From assembly GCA_963737905.1 (NCBI GenBank), contig CAVTUQ010000002.1, forward strand, positions 32,001-96,000: 64,000 nt of DNA, written 5' to 3'. The stretch's first letter is position 1, and the number at the start of each line of letters is the position of its first letter. Below are positions 1 through 9,082 of the stretch, in pieces. Made by a program: the position numbers and the translations under genes. This stretch comes from an uncultured delta proteobacterium. Lineage in GTDB: Bacteria; Desulfobacterota; Binatia; UBA9968. The notes below the pieces were generated by a model. The model did no database searches. It was not told the origin of the DNA and saw only the letters and a list, made by a program, of their open reading frames with translations.

Positions 1-1485
1 TTCTCGATCATCGAAATGAATTTTCTTTGCTCCGAGGATCTGATAGTCCTCGTGCCCCTTACCCGCAATCAACACCACATCACCCCGTCGAGCCGCACCC
101 AACGCAATCCGAATGGCAGCGCGCCGATCCTTTTCAACCCAATAGCCGCGTTCCGTTTGCGGGCTACCCTCTCCGGATCTCTTCAAACCGGCCTTCTGTA
201 TGCCGTCCTCGATTTCGGCCAGAATCCTGAGCGGGTCCTCGCTACGCGGATTATCCGAGGTTAAAATCACGAGATCACTCAATCGTGCAGCGATCTCGCC
301 CATCAACGGCCGCTTTCCCCGATCCCGGTCTCCGCCGCAACCGAAAACCGTCAAGACTCTTTGTTGAGTCAACGGCCGAACCGCACCGAGTACTTTTTCC
401 AGAGCGTCAGGGGTATGGGCATAATCCACCAAAACCGAAACTCCCCGATTGTTTTCGACCTTCTCCAATCTGCCCGGCACAGAGGTGAGCTGTCCAATAC
501 CCTTGGCAATCACCGCGGCCGGCAATTCCAGGCAACCCCCGACTCCGACGGCGCCCATGATATTTTGCAAATTGGCAGCACCGATGAGCGGCGAGGAAAA
601 ATCGAGGTAGTGACCTTTGAACTCCAATTGTCCTCTAATCCCGCCCACATCACTCTCAACTTTTACCGGGTGAATGTCCCATTCGCGATCCTCGCCGTAG
701 CTCCACGCCTCCAAGCCCGCCTCACGAACCTGGCGCAGCAGCTCCCTTCCCCTGGCGTCTCCCCCGTAAATTACGGCAGCCTTCTTTGGCTTCACGCTCA
801 CTTTCAGATAATCCGTAAAGAGCCTGCTCTTAGCCAAAAAATAGTCATCCATGTCGGCGTGGTAATCAAGATGGTCGCGCGAAAGATTCGTGAATAAAGC
901 AACGTCAAAGTCGATTCCTCGCACCCGCTCTTGAACCAAAGCATGGGAGGAAACTTCCATCGCTACTGATTGAACGCCGGCTGTTTCCATCTCCGCCAAA
1001 AGCGATTGCAATTCGAGCGATTCCGGCGTCGAGTGATGGGAAGGAACCTGGCGTCCCCTATAGCGATAGTTGATGGTACCGATCACACCCGGCTCCAGAC
1101 CTGCGGCCGAGAGTATCGATTCGACCAGATAGGTCACCGTGGTCTTTCCATTCGTTCCGGTGACACCCACAAGCTTCATCCGCCGACTCGGCAGGCCGTA
1201 GAAATATCCTCCCCACAATCCCATGGTACGCCGAACATCTTTTGTCCGTATCCAGGTTGTTCCATGCGCCCAAGTCCCCTTCCGAGCTACGACCACCCCG
1301 GCGGCGCCATTCTGAAGTGCTTGAGGAATGAACTCGTGACCATCCACTTTCTCTCCGGAAATGGCAAAAAAGATTTCTCCCGCTTTCACTTGGCGAGAGT
1401 CGTAGGTTAGCCCTGTCACTTCTTGCTCGAGATCCCCCTCTGCTTCTTCTACCTCCTTTAACGCCAACAACTCCCGCAAACGCAT
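1..1485 (-). CDS. murE: UDP-N-acetylmuramoyl-L-alanyl-D-glutamate--2,6-diaminopimelate ligase (3' end runs off the window)
   Basis: Absent from the ORF track because there is no stop codon in the window. I translated both ends by hand: ATG at 1485 gives MRLRELLALKEV...GLTYDSRQVKAGEIFFAISGEKVDGHEF, and the window edge reads IAGKGHEDYQILGAKKIHFDDRE, the typical MurE C-terminus. It lies directly downstream of ftsI. Confidence 0.95.
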   Translation of the reverse strand, partial: MRLRELLALKEVEEAEGDLEQEVTGLTYDSRQVKAGEIFFAISGEKVDGHEFIPQALQNGAAGVVVARKGTWAHGTTWIRTKDVRRTMGLWGGYFYGLPSRRMKLVGVTGTNGKTTVTYLVESILSAAGLEPGVIGTINYRYRGRQVPSHHSTPESLELQSLLAEMETAGVQSVAMEVSSHALVQERVRGIDFDVALFTNLSRDHLDYHADMDDYFLAKSRLFTDYLKVSVKPKKAAVIYGGDARGRELLRQVREAGLEAWSYGEDREWDIHPVKVESDVGGIRGQLEFKGHYLDFSSPLIGAANLQNIMGAVGVGGCLELPAAVIAKGIGQLTSVPGRLEKVENNRGVSVLVDYAHTPDALEKVLGAVRPLTQQRVLTVFGCGGDRDRGKRPLMGEIAARLSDLVILTSDNPRSEDPLRILAEIEDGIQKAGLKRSGEGSPQTERGYWVEKDRRAAIRIALGAARRGDVVLIAGKGHEDYQILGAKKIHFDDRE

Positions 1486-1489
1486 TTCC

Positions 1490-3442
1490 TTAACCTTGAA
1501 GGTTCAAAACCAAAATATTTTCCTCGTCCCAACGACCTCCGGGCACCGGAGATTGCCGCACCACATAGCCGTTCCCGCGCATTTTTACCTTGACTCTCAT
1601 CGCTCGCGCTTTCTCCACCGCCTCCCGAAGGCTGAGGCCAACGAAGTCCGGCACCGCCGCGACGCTGCCATCGGCGGCAGTTTCCTTCTTTGGGGCTCGC
1701 CGGACGGGAAGTTCGGCTTGGCCAATGGTGGCCGCCGGAACCAAGTCTGGCTTTTGCGGAGCCACCATCAGGTGACGGAGCGCCCCTTGTGCGATGTTGC
1801 GGAAAACCGGAGCGGCAACGACGCCTCCGTAGGCGTTGACCTCAGGCTCATCGACGAGGACCAAAGCCACCAATTTGGGGGCATCCGCAGGAACAAATCC
1901 GACAAACGACCCAACTCGTTTCGTCGCCGCGTAGCCGCCGTGGGCGAGATCCGCCTTCTGTGCCGTGCCTGTCTTTCCCGCCACCTCAAACCCTTCCACC
2001 TTCGCCATCGTCCCGGTGCCGCCCTCATTGGTCACTTCTTTCAGCATGGACGCCAACAATCTCGATGTCTTCTCCGAGACCACACGCCGGACTACGTGGG
2101 GCTGGTTTTCGAGGAGCACCTCGCCCTTGGGGCCCACGACGCGCCGTACCAAGTAGGGACGCATGAGGAAGCCGCCGTTTGCGATAGCGGCGTAGGCCAT
2201 CACCATCTGCATCGGCGTTGCCGAAATGCCCTGGCCGAAGGCGTGGGTAGCGAGATCGATTGCCGACCAGGATTCTGGTTTTCGAAGCAGCCCGGGAACT
2301 TCGCCCGGCACATCGATGCCGGTAATCTGACCGAAGCCAAATTTTTCGATGTACTTAAAGTACCGTTCCCGTTTTAGCTTCTCTGCCACCTTGGTGAATC
2401 CAATGTTGCTCGATACCTGAAGGATTTTGGAGAACGGCAACCAACCGTAGGGGTGGGTGTCATGAATGAATTTTCCGGCGTAAGCGTATTTTCCCATTTC
2501 GCAGTAGAAAAGATCGTCTTTGCCCACCACTCCTTCTTCTAAGGCCGCCGCCGCAAGGATCGTTTTAAACGTTGAGCCAGGCTCAAAGCTGTCGGCAACG
2601 GCGCGATTGCGCTTTTGCTGCGCCGACTGTTTGGAAAAATTGTTCGGGTTGAACGACGGATAATTCGCCAGGGCGAGCACTTCCCCGGTGAACGGCTCAA
2701 CGACGATCGCAATTCCCGCCTTTGCGCGATACTTGCTGATCGTTGCCTCCAATTCCTTTTCCGCAAGATGCTGAATCGACGTGTCGAGAGTTAGGTGAAT
2801 GTCGCCCCCCGGCGGAATCTGCAGACCCTCGACGCCTTGGACCAAAACCCTGCGGCCCAAAGCGTCGCGTTCGATCACCGACGAGCCGGTTTCTCCCCGG
2901 ATGTAGTCATTGTAGTGTAACTCCAACCCTTCCAATCCTTCCGAATCGCGACCGACAAATCCAATGACTTGCCCTGCCAACTGACCCTGTGGGTAGTAGC
3001 GGTTGGGCTCGTAAAACATGCCGATGCCGTCCGCGCTCAAGGCCTGTATCTGCTCAGCTTCTTGAGGACCGATCTGCCGCTTGATCCAAACAAAAGGCTT
3101 GTCCGAGGTAATCTTCTGCTTCACTTCGACAAGGTCGAGATTGAGAACCTTAGCGAGTGCTCGGCTCACGCTTACCGGATCATGAATGCGATGCGGACGG
3201 GCATAAACCGACTGCGCTTCCAGGCTCAACGCCAGCGGCTCGCCCGTGCGATCCATGACCGCGCCTCTTTTCGGAAGCACGATCCACTCCTTGAGGTGCT
3301 GCCTTTCACCGAGTCGTTTGAGCCTTTCTCCCTGCAGAACTTGAAGCTGAAAAGCCCGTCCGGCGGCTACGACAAACAGAAACACGAAAAATACTTTGGC
3401 TACACCCAAACGCAAACGATTTCCCCGATAAGAGCGTCTCAT
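1490..3442 (-). CDS. ftsI: Cell-division transpeptidase PBP3/FtsI with C-terminal PASTA domain
   Basis: N-terminal TM, PKRGAVMDR, SxxK (GSTFK), SxN (SSN), KTGT, C-terminal VPDFVGLSLREA PASTA repeat; dcw position. Confidence 0.95.
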   Translation of the reverse strand: MRRSYRGNRLRLGVAKVFFVFLFVVAAGRAFQLQVLQGERLKRLGERQHLKEWIVLPKRGAVMDRTGEPLALSLEAQSVYARPHRIHDPVSVSRALAKVLNLDLVEVKQKITSDKPFVWIKRQIGPQEAEQIQALSADGIGMFYEPNRYYPQGQLAGQVIGFVGRDSEGLEGLELHYNDYIRGETGSSVIERDALGRRVLVQGVEGLQIPPGGDIHLTLDTSIQHLAEKELEATISKYRAKAGIAIVVEPFTGEVLALANYPSFNPNNFSKQSAQQKRNRAVADSFEPGSTFKTILAAAALEEGVVGKDDLFYCEMGKYAYAGKFIHDTHPYGWLPFSKILQVSSNIGFTKVAEKLKRERYFKYIEKFGFGQITGIDVPGEVPGLLRKPESWSAIDLATHAFGQGISATPMQMVMAYAAIANGGFLMRPYLVRRVVGPKGEVLLENQPHVVRRVVSEKTSRLLASMLKEVTNEGGTGTMAKVEGFEVAGKTGTAQKADLAHGGYAATKRVGSFVGFVPADAPKLVALVLVDEPEVNAYGGVVAAPVFRNIAQGALRHLMVAPQKPDLVPAATIGQAELPVRRAPKKETAADGSVAAVPDFVGLSLREAVEKARAMRVKVKMRGNGYVVRQSPVPGGRWDEENILVLNLQG

Positions 3443-3786
3443 GGTAAAACAATCACCTGACCCTTCTCCGGAGGCCTAAGCCCCAAACGCCTGCGAGACA
3501 TCGCCTCCAAACGGTCGGGTGAGGTCAATGTGGCTAATTCAACTTTCAATTCTCGATTTTCTTGTTCGAGCTGATTTTGGAGCTTGCTCGTGGTCGCCAG
3601 GACATAGCCCATATGGACCACCTGCAATCTCAACCAGACGTGTAGCAATGCGACGCCAACCAAACCAAGAACCAAACAGGTGACCAACAGCACGTGCCGC
3701 GGGCGCTGACCGCGATCGACGCTGTGGACCCGCTCCTTTTTTTGAGATCGTAAGGCTTTGGCGTTCTGTCTTACCGCGGTTGCCAC
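3439..3786 (-). CDS. ftsL: Cell division protein FtsL
   Basis: Single TM followed by a leucine-zipper coiled coil and a SPDRLEAMSRRRLGL-type end; between rsmH and ftsI. Confidence 0.85.
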   Translation of the reverse strand: MATAVRQNAKALRSQKKERVHSVDRGQRPRHVLLVTCLVLGLVGVALLHVWLRLQVVHMGYVLATTSKLQNQLEQENRELKVELATLTSPDRLEAMSRRRLGLRPPEKGQVIVLP

Positions 3787-3798
3787 TGGGTTATTCCC

Positions 3799-4728
3799 TC
3801 AAATCCGTTCCACCGCGCGCAATTTGGCCGAGCGCGCGCGGGGGTTGGCTTCAATCTCGCTCGGTGAAGGGGAGAGCGGTTTGGCCGTAAGCAACTTCAC
3901 TTTTCGGCTCCAACCACATTGGCAAGTTGGTGTCCTCGGAGGACAGAGACATTCACGGTTCCACCTGCGAAATGCCGTCTTGACCAACCGATCTTCCAAT
4001 GAATGAAACGAAATGACGACCATACGACCCTTCGGCTGAAGCAATTCATAACCGTTACCCAAAAAGCGATCCAAATTCTCGAGCTCTTGATTGACCACGA
4101 TCCTCAGAGCTTGGAAGGTTTGAGTCGCCGGATGGTGATCTCGTCCGCCCTTGCCCTTAACTCGTGCGACGATTTCAGCAAGCTCCTCCGTCGTTTTAAT
4201 GGACTTCATCTTCCGTTCAGAGACGATGGCTAGCGCAATACGACGAGCCCGCGGCTCTTCACCGTAGTTGCGCAGGATGCGTTCCAGCTCCGATACCGGG
4301 AACGTATTGACGATCTGATACGCATCCAGCGATTGGCGGCGATCCATTCGCATATCGAGTCTCGCTCTGCCCCGAAAGCTGAAACCCCGCTCTGGAGATT
4401 CAAACTGGTGCGACGAGACACCCAAATCCAAAACAATACCATCCACCCGCTGCCAACCGATCTCAGACAGGACCGCCCCAGCCGTCCCGAAATTCCCCTG
4501 CCGCGCCACGAGGCGATCTCCGAATCGGGTCAGTCGTTGGCTCGCCGCCGCCAAAGCCTCGTCATCCAGATCCAGGCCCAGGACTTGCCCATCGGGACCG
4601 CTGTGAATCAGAATTTGCTCTGTGTGCCCTCCTCCTCCCAGGGTGCCATCCAGGTATCGTTTCCGCGGTTCGGGTCTGAGGAAGTCAATCACTTCCCGAG
4701 CCATTACAGAAACATGCGTAAACGCCAT
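3799..4728 (-). CDS. rsmH: 16S rRNA m4C1402 methyltransferase RsmH (MraW)
   Basis: DGTLGGGGH, DLGVSS, LDMRMD, ISFHSLEDR, NPRARSAKLR motifs. Confidence 0.97.
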   Translation of the reverse strand: MAFTHVSVMAREVIDFLRPEPRKRYLDGTLGGGGHTEQILIHSGPDGQVLGLDLDDEALAAASQRLTRFGDRLVARQGNFGTAGAVLSEIGWQRVDGIVLDLGVSSHQFESPERGFSFRGRARLDMRMDRRQSLDAYQIVNTFPVSELERILRNYGEEPRARRIALAIVSERKMKSIKTTEELAEIVARVKGKGGRDHHPATQTFQALRIVVNQELENLDRFLGNGYELLQPKGRMVVISFHSLEDRLVKTAFRRWNRECLCPPRTPTCQCGWSRKVKLLTAKPLSPSPSEIEANPRARSAKLRAVERI

Positions 4729-5094
4729 TTAGTGACTGGTGCCGTCCCCCTCCCAGTCGTCGTCAAAACTCTCAATGGCATCTTCCAACGAGGTGTATTC
4801 CTCGAAGAAACGATCCATCCCGACGACCTTAAAAATATCCCGCAGAAACGGGCTCATCCCCGCCAGCTTGAGATCACCGTTTAAATTTCTAAGCAGCTTG
4901 AGCCGTTCAAGGAGAACTCCGATACTCAAATAATTGATATGATCCACGGCCCGAAGATTCAGGACGACTTTCGTGCGGTCCTTTTCAATCAGTCCACCGA
5001 TCATGTCTTTGATCCGGATCATTTCCCGAAAATCGATATCGCCAGCCACATCAAGCACCGAAATGTCCTGGATGGGTTTTCGCGGCAGCAGCAT
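4729..5094 (-). CDS. STAS-domain (anti-sigma-factor-antagonist-like) protein
   Basis: 121 aa with STAS pattern (VLDVAGDID...KVVLNLRAVDHIN...GDLKLAGMSPFLRDIFKVVGM); GAGGA RBS; stop TAA abuts the rsmH ATG. Confidence 0.85.
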   Translation of the reverse strand: MLLPRKPIQDISVLDVAGDIDFREMIRIKDMIGGLIEKDRTKVVLNLRAVDHINYLSIGVLLERLKLLRNLNGDLKLAGMSPFLRDIFKVVGMDRFFEEYTSLEDAIESFDDDWEGDGTSH

Positions 5095-5137
5095 TCCTCA
5101 TTCTCCTTTCAAGCTACTTCCATCTTTCTCGACGTTC

Positions 5138-5590
5138 TTACAATCCCAAGTCGCCGAGAAAATCAGGGTCTTGCATCAACTTCTCTTCGGCATCCGAGAA
5201 TATTTTTTTCCATGCATCGAGATCCCAGACGCGAAACTTTTCCAAAGCTGAGACCAGCACCACATCGCGCTTCAGTTCGGCGTATTTCCTCAATAGCGGC
5301 GGAATCAAAATGCGGCCCTGCTTATCGACGACGCATTCAGACGCGCCGCCGAAGTAATAGTTTTGAAACATCAACATTTTGCGATCGAACTTTGGCTTCT
5401 TTCGAATCTCTTCTTCCAACCTTGACCATTCATCGAGAGGATAAATGTCGAGACATTTCATTCCATCGACGACGAAATTCGTAATGACGATGCGTTCATC
5501 ATTTTTCCCGAGAAGGACCTCCCGGAACTTAACAGGAATGCTCAAGCGGCCCTTGCCGTCGAGCGTATGTTCAAAACTGCCGCGAAACAT
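5138..5590 (-). CDS. mraZ: Transcriptional regulator MraZ
   Basis: Two DxKGRLxIP / DKQGRILIP repeats; head of the dcw cluster. Confidence 0.96.
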   Translation of the reverse strand: MFRGSFEHTLDGKGRLSIPVKFREVLLGKNDERIVITNFVVDGMKCLDIYPLDEWSRLEEEIRKKPKFDRKMLMFQNYYFGGASECVVDKQGRILIPPLLRKYAELKRDVVLVSALEKFRVWDLDAWKKIFSDAEEKLMQDPDFLGDLGL

Positions 5591-5629
5591 ACATCCCCTA
5601 GGCTAAATAGGACTCAAATGGGATATCAT

Positions 5630-5683
5630 CCCACATTATCCCACATAGGCGCCACTTATAACTTTATGAGCACTATCTGTCAA
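5630..5683 (-). promoter_or_regulatory. dcw sigma70 promoter with MraZ-binding direct repeats
   Basis: Minus strand TTGACA (5683-5678), 17-nt spacer, TATAAG (5660-5655), followed by GTGGC, GTGGG, GTGGG boxes at 10-11 nt period (5655-5630), matching the known MraZ operator. Confidence 0.8.
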
Positions 5684-5925
5684 TAAAAATTTCAACTTTT
5701 TCGCGGATTTTTGCGCCTATCGGCCGCGCTGAATTCAGTCAATATGTTGACAGTCTCCCCTGGTGATCTACTAGATATCGAATGATCAGTTTGATATCTC
5801 TTCGGATCACAAAAAAAGTCAAAGAATGACAAGAATACGTACAAACTGGACGACAAGACTCTTCGTCTGGCAGGCGTCAAGCCGAATAGCAGATCGAGAC
5901 AGAAGCGAGTAGATAACGATTGTGG

Positions 5926-6291
5926 GCTAAAGTGGATCGTAAGCCGGATTCTGTTCGCGGTTCCTAATAGGAACCCTAGCGATCATTCATCTTGCCCCAT
6001 GATTACTCATGGGGTCGAGCGACCTTACCCGAGGGTTATGGGCGGACCACCCAACCCTCCTATTTGGTCTTGCTCCGGGTGGGGTTTGCCAAGCGTCCAT
6101 CATCACTGATGGACCGGTGAGCTCTTACCTCGCCTTTTCAACCTTACCCATCAAAAATGACGGGCGGTGTGTTTTCTGTGGTACTTTCCCCCGATCACTC
6201 GGGGCCGTCGTTAGCGGCCACCTTGTCCTGCGGAGTCCGGACTTTCCTCCCTCTGCCCAGGGCGGAGGGCGATCGCTTGATCCACTTTAGC
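5926..6291 (-). ncRNA. rnpB: RNase P RNA (bacterial type A)
   Basis: Minus strand GAGGAAAGTCCGGACTCC near the 5' end and ACAGAATCCGGCTTA near the 3' end; P1 ends complementary (AAAGTGGATC / GATCCACTTT); exact ends approximate. Confidence 0.95.
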
Positions 6292-6721
6292 CCAGTGAGG
6301 ATTTTCTGATTGCGTCGTCGATCCCTTGGTTAGCCAATCGATCCGCTAACCGGTTCAATTCCCGAGGCACATGAAGAATACGATAGGCCTCAAACTGACG
6401 CAATAATGTGACGGCTTTTTGAAAAAGCCTCTTCAGCTTTTCGTCCTTCACACGGTATTCACCGTTAAGCTGGCGCACCAGTAGTTGTGAATCACTCTGG
6501 ATCCGGACACTTTTTTTGCCGAGCTGAAGGAGCGCTTCGAGCCCCATGAGTAACCCTTCATATTCTGCGACATTGTTCGTGGTATATCCCAAGTAAGCGC
6601 TTAGCTCCTTCACCACTTTGCCGTGCCCGTCGAGAATCACGGCTCCACATCCTGCAGGTCCGGGATTGCCTCGGGCAGCGCCATCAACCATGAGAAGCCA
6701 TGCATTGTCTGGTCCCGACAT
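6287..6721 (-). CDS. rnhA: Ribonuclease HI family protein
   Basis: DGAARGNPG, TNNVAEY, SDSQL, HVPRELNRLAD acidic catalytic motifs; likely start ATG 6721 (ORF track extends to 6754). Confidence 0.88.
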   Translation of the reverse strand: MSGPDNAWLLMVDGAARGNPGPAGCGAVILDGHGKVVKELSAYLGYTTNNVAEYEGLLMGLEALLQLGKKSVRIQSDSQLLVRQLNGEYRVKDEKLKRLFQKAVTLLRQFEAYRILHVPRELNRLADRLANQGIDDAIRKSSLG

Positions 6722-6853
6722 AGTTAAATGAAGCGCCCTTCTCCGATCGTTCAAGAAATGCGAATGCGGCGATATAGCTGAATGGATCCCAGCTTAGCAG
6801 ACGCTTTGGATGATCGCCGGGTTACGAATGGTGAAGCAGGATTTTCGACGGCT

Positions 6854-7582
6854 TTAGGCTTCTTTTTCCTGTGGGACCGACGGTTTGTAATAGAGAATAC
6901 GCTGACAACTAGGGCAAAGATTGACTTTTTCGCTCTTGATAATTTCATTCCATAGCTGCGGCGGTATGTTCATATAGCAGCCTTGGCAAATTCCACCGGT
7001 AACTTCCACAACCGCGCTTCCGCCCCGCCGTGCAAAAATGAGCTCGTAGCGTGAAATCAGCTCTCCCGCAATCTGCGAAGCAATCGTTTTTCTAAGCGTA
7101 TAGGCCTCCGATACGAGTTGATCAATGTCGGAGATTTTCGATTGCATCTCCTCCTGCCTCTGTTGCCACTCCTCCTCCATGAAAGCCGCCTCTTCCTCTT
7201 TGGCCTTGAGCTCGGCCTTGATACGGTCGATCTCTTCGAGAACCCGGATCAGGTCCTCCTCAAGGTCGCCGTTACTTTGTTTAATTTGATCAATCTCCCG
7301 TTGTAATGCTTGCAGCTCTTTTGTGTTCTTGATGCGATTCATTCGCATCCGTTTATCCATGGCCTTCTTGCCTTCGTCTTGTAGTAATCGTTCTTTTCCT
7401 TGACGCTCCTTTTCTTTTTCCGCACAACCAGCCGCAAGCAACGCGATTTCCTGCTTCTTAGACTGGATTTCTTTGTCCTTGACCAGGAGCGCCCCGAGTA
7501 ACTGCTGTTTAGTGTTATTTTTCTCTTTTATCTCACGATCAACGTTCTGCAATGTAGCCAATATCTCTATCTGTTCAAGCAA
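6854..7582 (-). CDS. C4-type zinc-ribbon coiled-coil protein (DUF164 / HP0958-like)
   Basis: Long coiled coil followed by CQGC...CPSCQRILY; likely TTG start at 7582 after a GGGAG RBS. Confidence 0.88.
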   Translation of the reverse strand: MLEQIEILATLQNVDREIKEKNNTKQQLLGALLVKDKEIQSKKQEIALLAAGCAEKEKERQGKERLLQDEGKKAMDKRMRMNRIKNTKELQALQREIDQIKQSNGDLEEDLIRVLEEIDRIKAELKAKEEEAAFMEEEWQQRQEEMQSKISDIDQLVSEAYTLRKTIASQIAGELISRYELIFARRGGSAVVEVTGGICQGCYMNIPPQLWNEIIKSEKVNLCPSCQRILYYKPSVPQEKEA

Positions 7583-7603
7583 TTTCACTTCTCCCATCTG
7601 CCC

Positions 7604-7632
7604 AAAAAAGAAATGCACCCCTGGGGGTGCAT
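7604..7632 (-). terminator. Intrinsic terminator-like hairpin immediately upstream of the zinc-ribbon gene
   Basis: ATGCACCC-CCAG-GGGTGCAT followed by TTCTTTTTT on the minus strand. Confidence 0.7.
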
Positions 7633-7837
7633 GTCTTCAATCGAACCTTTGCCAATAAATAAAGCGTGGGTCTTGCTACTTCCACTCCCTCTTAAATCTC
7701 CTTAAATAATACCTATCTCGATTCTACACACTTGTAAAGTGGTATGAGACCCCATAACACTCTTCCTGAATCCCTTTGGCGCTGGCGATGTTTCGCTAGC
7801 GCCACCGGACCGGCTGCAGCATGAAACGCGCTGATGC

Positions 7838-9022
7838 CTATGGCATTCTCGGGCTCGACCGATACGGTTGAGTTCTCAACTGGCGCGCCACGCTATTGGT
7901 GCTGCGGATCAAGTTGGTGATCCAGGCCGTCAATTCATTGAGGCCACTGGCATTATTTCGAGCGATGGTCGTCCAGGAGTCTCCCCGTTGATACTCGCTC
8001 ACGATATTTCTCACGGACCCCCGCCCCAAATACGAAAGACCCCTCAACGCCGCGTATTGACCATAACCGACCTTGAGCTGTTGTCGTTCGTTAACCACAA
8101 CGGGAAGACTCAGTCTGAGCTCATACGACAGCGCTTCAGCGACCGCCCGTTCACCATTCTGCTGTTCCACGAACTGATTGATGGCCTGGATTCGCTTCAA
8201 CAACTCTCTTTCACTTCTAGCCGCAGGAGAGTCGAGCGCCTGTGGCGAAGGAAGCATCTCCACGACGCGTTCTGCGGGCTGATAGTATTGCAACGCTTCC
8301 GGCATCCACGCCTTGAGCTGTTGAATTCGCGTTTCTGAGCCTGGATGCGTAGAGAGAAAATCCGGGGTCGCACCTTTTTCCTTGCGCTCCATGCGATTCC
8401 ACACTTCCAAAGAAACCCTTGGATCGTACCCGGCTTTCGCCATCAGGATAAGCCCAACATGATCCGCCTCCGATTCCTGGGACCGGCTAAAAGGAAGTAC
8501 CACACCAACGGAAGCACCCAAACCGAGAGCCTGAAGGATTTGCGGATTTACGCCGCCGGCACCCGCCAGAGCCAATCCGGTTCCCAATATCTGGGCCTGA
8601 GTCATCCGCTCTCCAGAATGGCGGAGCAACGCGTGCGCGACCTCATGGCCTAGGATAACCGCCAACCCCGCCTCGTCTTGGGCAATCGGAAAAATACCTG
8701 TGTAGACCGCGACCTTCCCTCCAGGAACACAAAAGGCGTTGATATCCTCCGGGTCATTAATGACCCGGAATTCCCATCTGTATTCCGGCTTATTCGCCGC
8801 CCGCGCAATTCTTTCTCCCACCTTGCGAACGATCCGCAAGGCGTCTGGGTTATCCGCCAATACGCTATCCCGCATAATGTGTCGGTAAGCCTCTTCCCCT
8901 GACTCCATCTCGCTCGATTCGGAGACGAGCATGAGCTGACCCCTGCCCGTGTAGGGCGCCGTAACGCAACCCGCGACCCACAATAAAGCGGCAACGGCGG
9001 CTGCGACATTTCTCCCCAGCAT
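7838..9022 (-). CDS. M48 family zinc metallopeptidase lipoprotein with C-terminal extension
   Basis: Lipobox VAGC, NAFCVPGG, HEVAH, ESEAD, FLSTHP; about 130 additional C-terminal residues. Confidence 0.9.
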   Translation of the reverse strand: MLGRNVAAAVAALLWVAGCVTAPYTGRGQLMLVSESSEMESGEEAYRHIMRDSVLADNPDALRIVRKVGERIARAANKPEYRWEFRVINDPEDINAFCVPGGKVAVYTGIFPIAQDEAGLAVILGHEVAHALLRHSGERMTQAQILGTGLALAGAGGVNPQILQALGLGASVGVVLPFSRSQESEADHVGLILMAKAGYDPRVSLEVWNRMERKEKGATPDFLSTHPGSETRIQQLKAWMPEALQYYQPAERVVEMLPSPQALDSPAARSERELLKRIQAINQFVEQQNGERAVAEALSYELRLSLPVVVNERQQLKVGYGQYAALRGLSYLGRGSVRNIVSEYQRGDSWTTIARNNASGLNELTAWITNLIRSTNSVARQLRTQPYRSSPRMP

Positions 9023-9082
9023 CGGAAAAATCGTATCTTTCGACCCCCGGCTACGCAAGACCGCTCGCGCCCCCAAGTTTCC

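Noticed and set aside
16-1410. Plus-strand ORFs of 67-178 aa
   Set aside because: They are antisense shadows of murE, which the ORF track missed because it has no stop codon in the window.
5740-5920. Plus-strand TTGACA suggesting a divergent small RNA between mraZ and rnpB
   Set aside because: No good -10 element, terminator or structure was found.
6009-6290. 93-aa plus-strand ORF
   Set aside because: It is antisense to the RNase P RNA.
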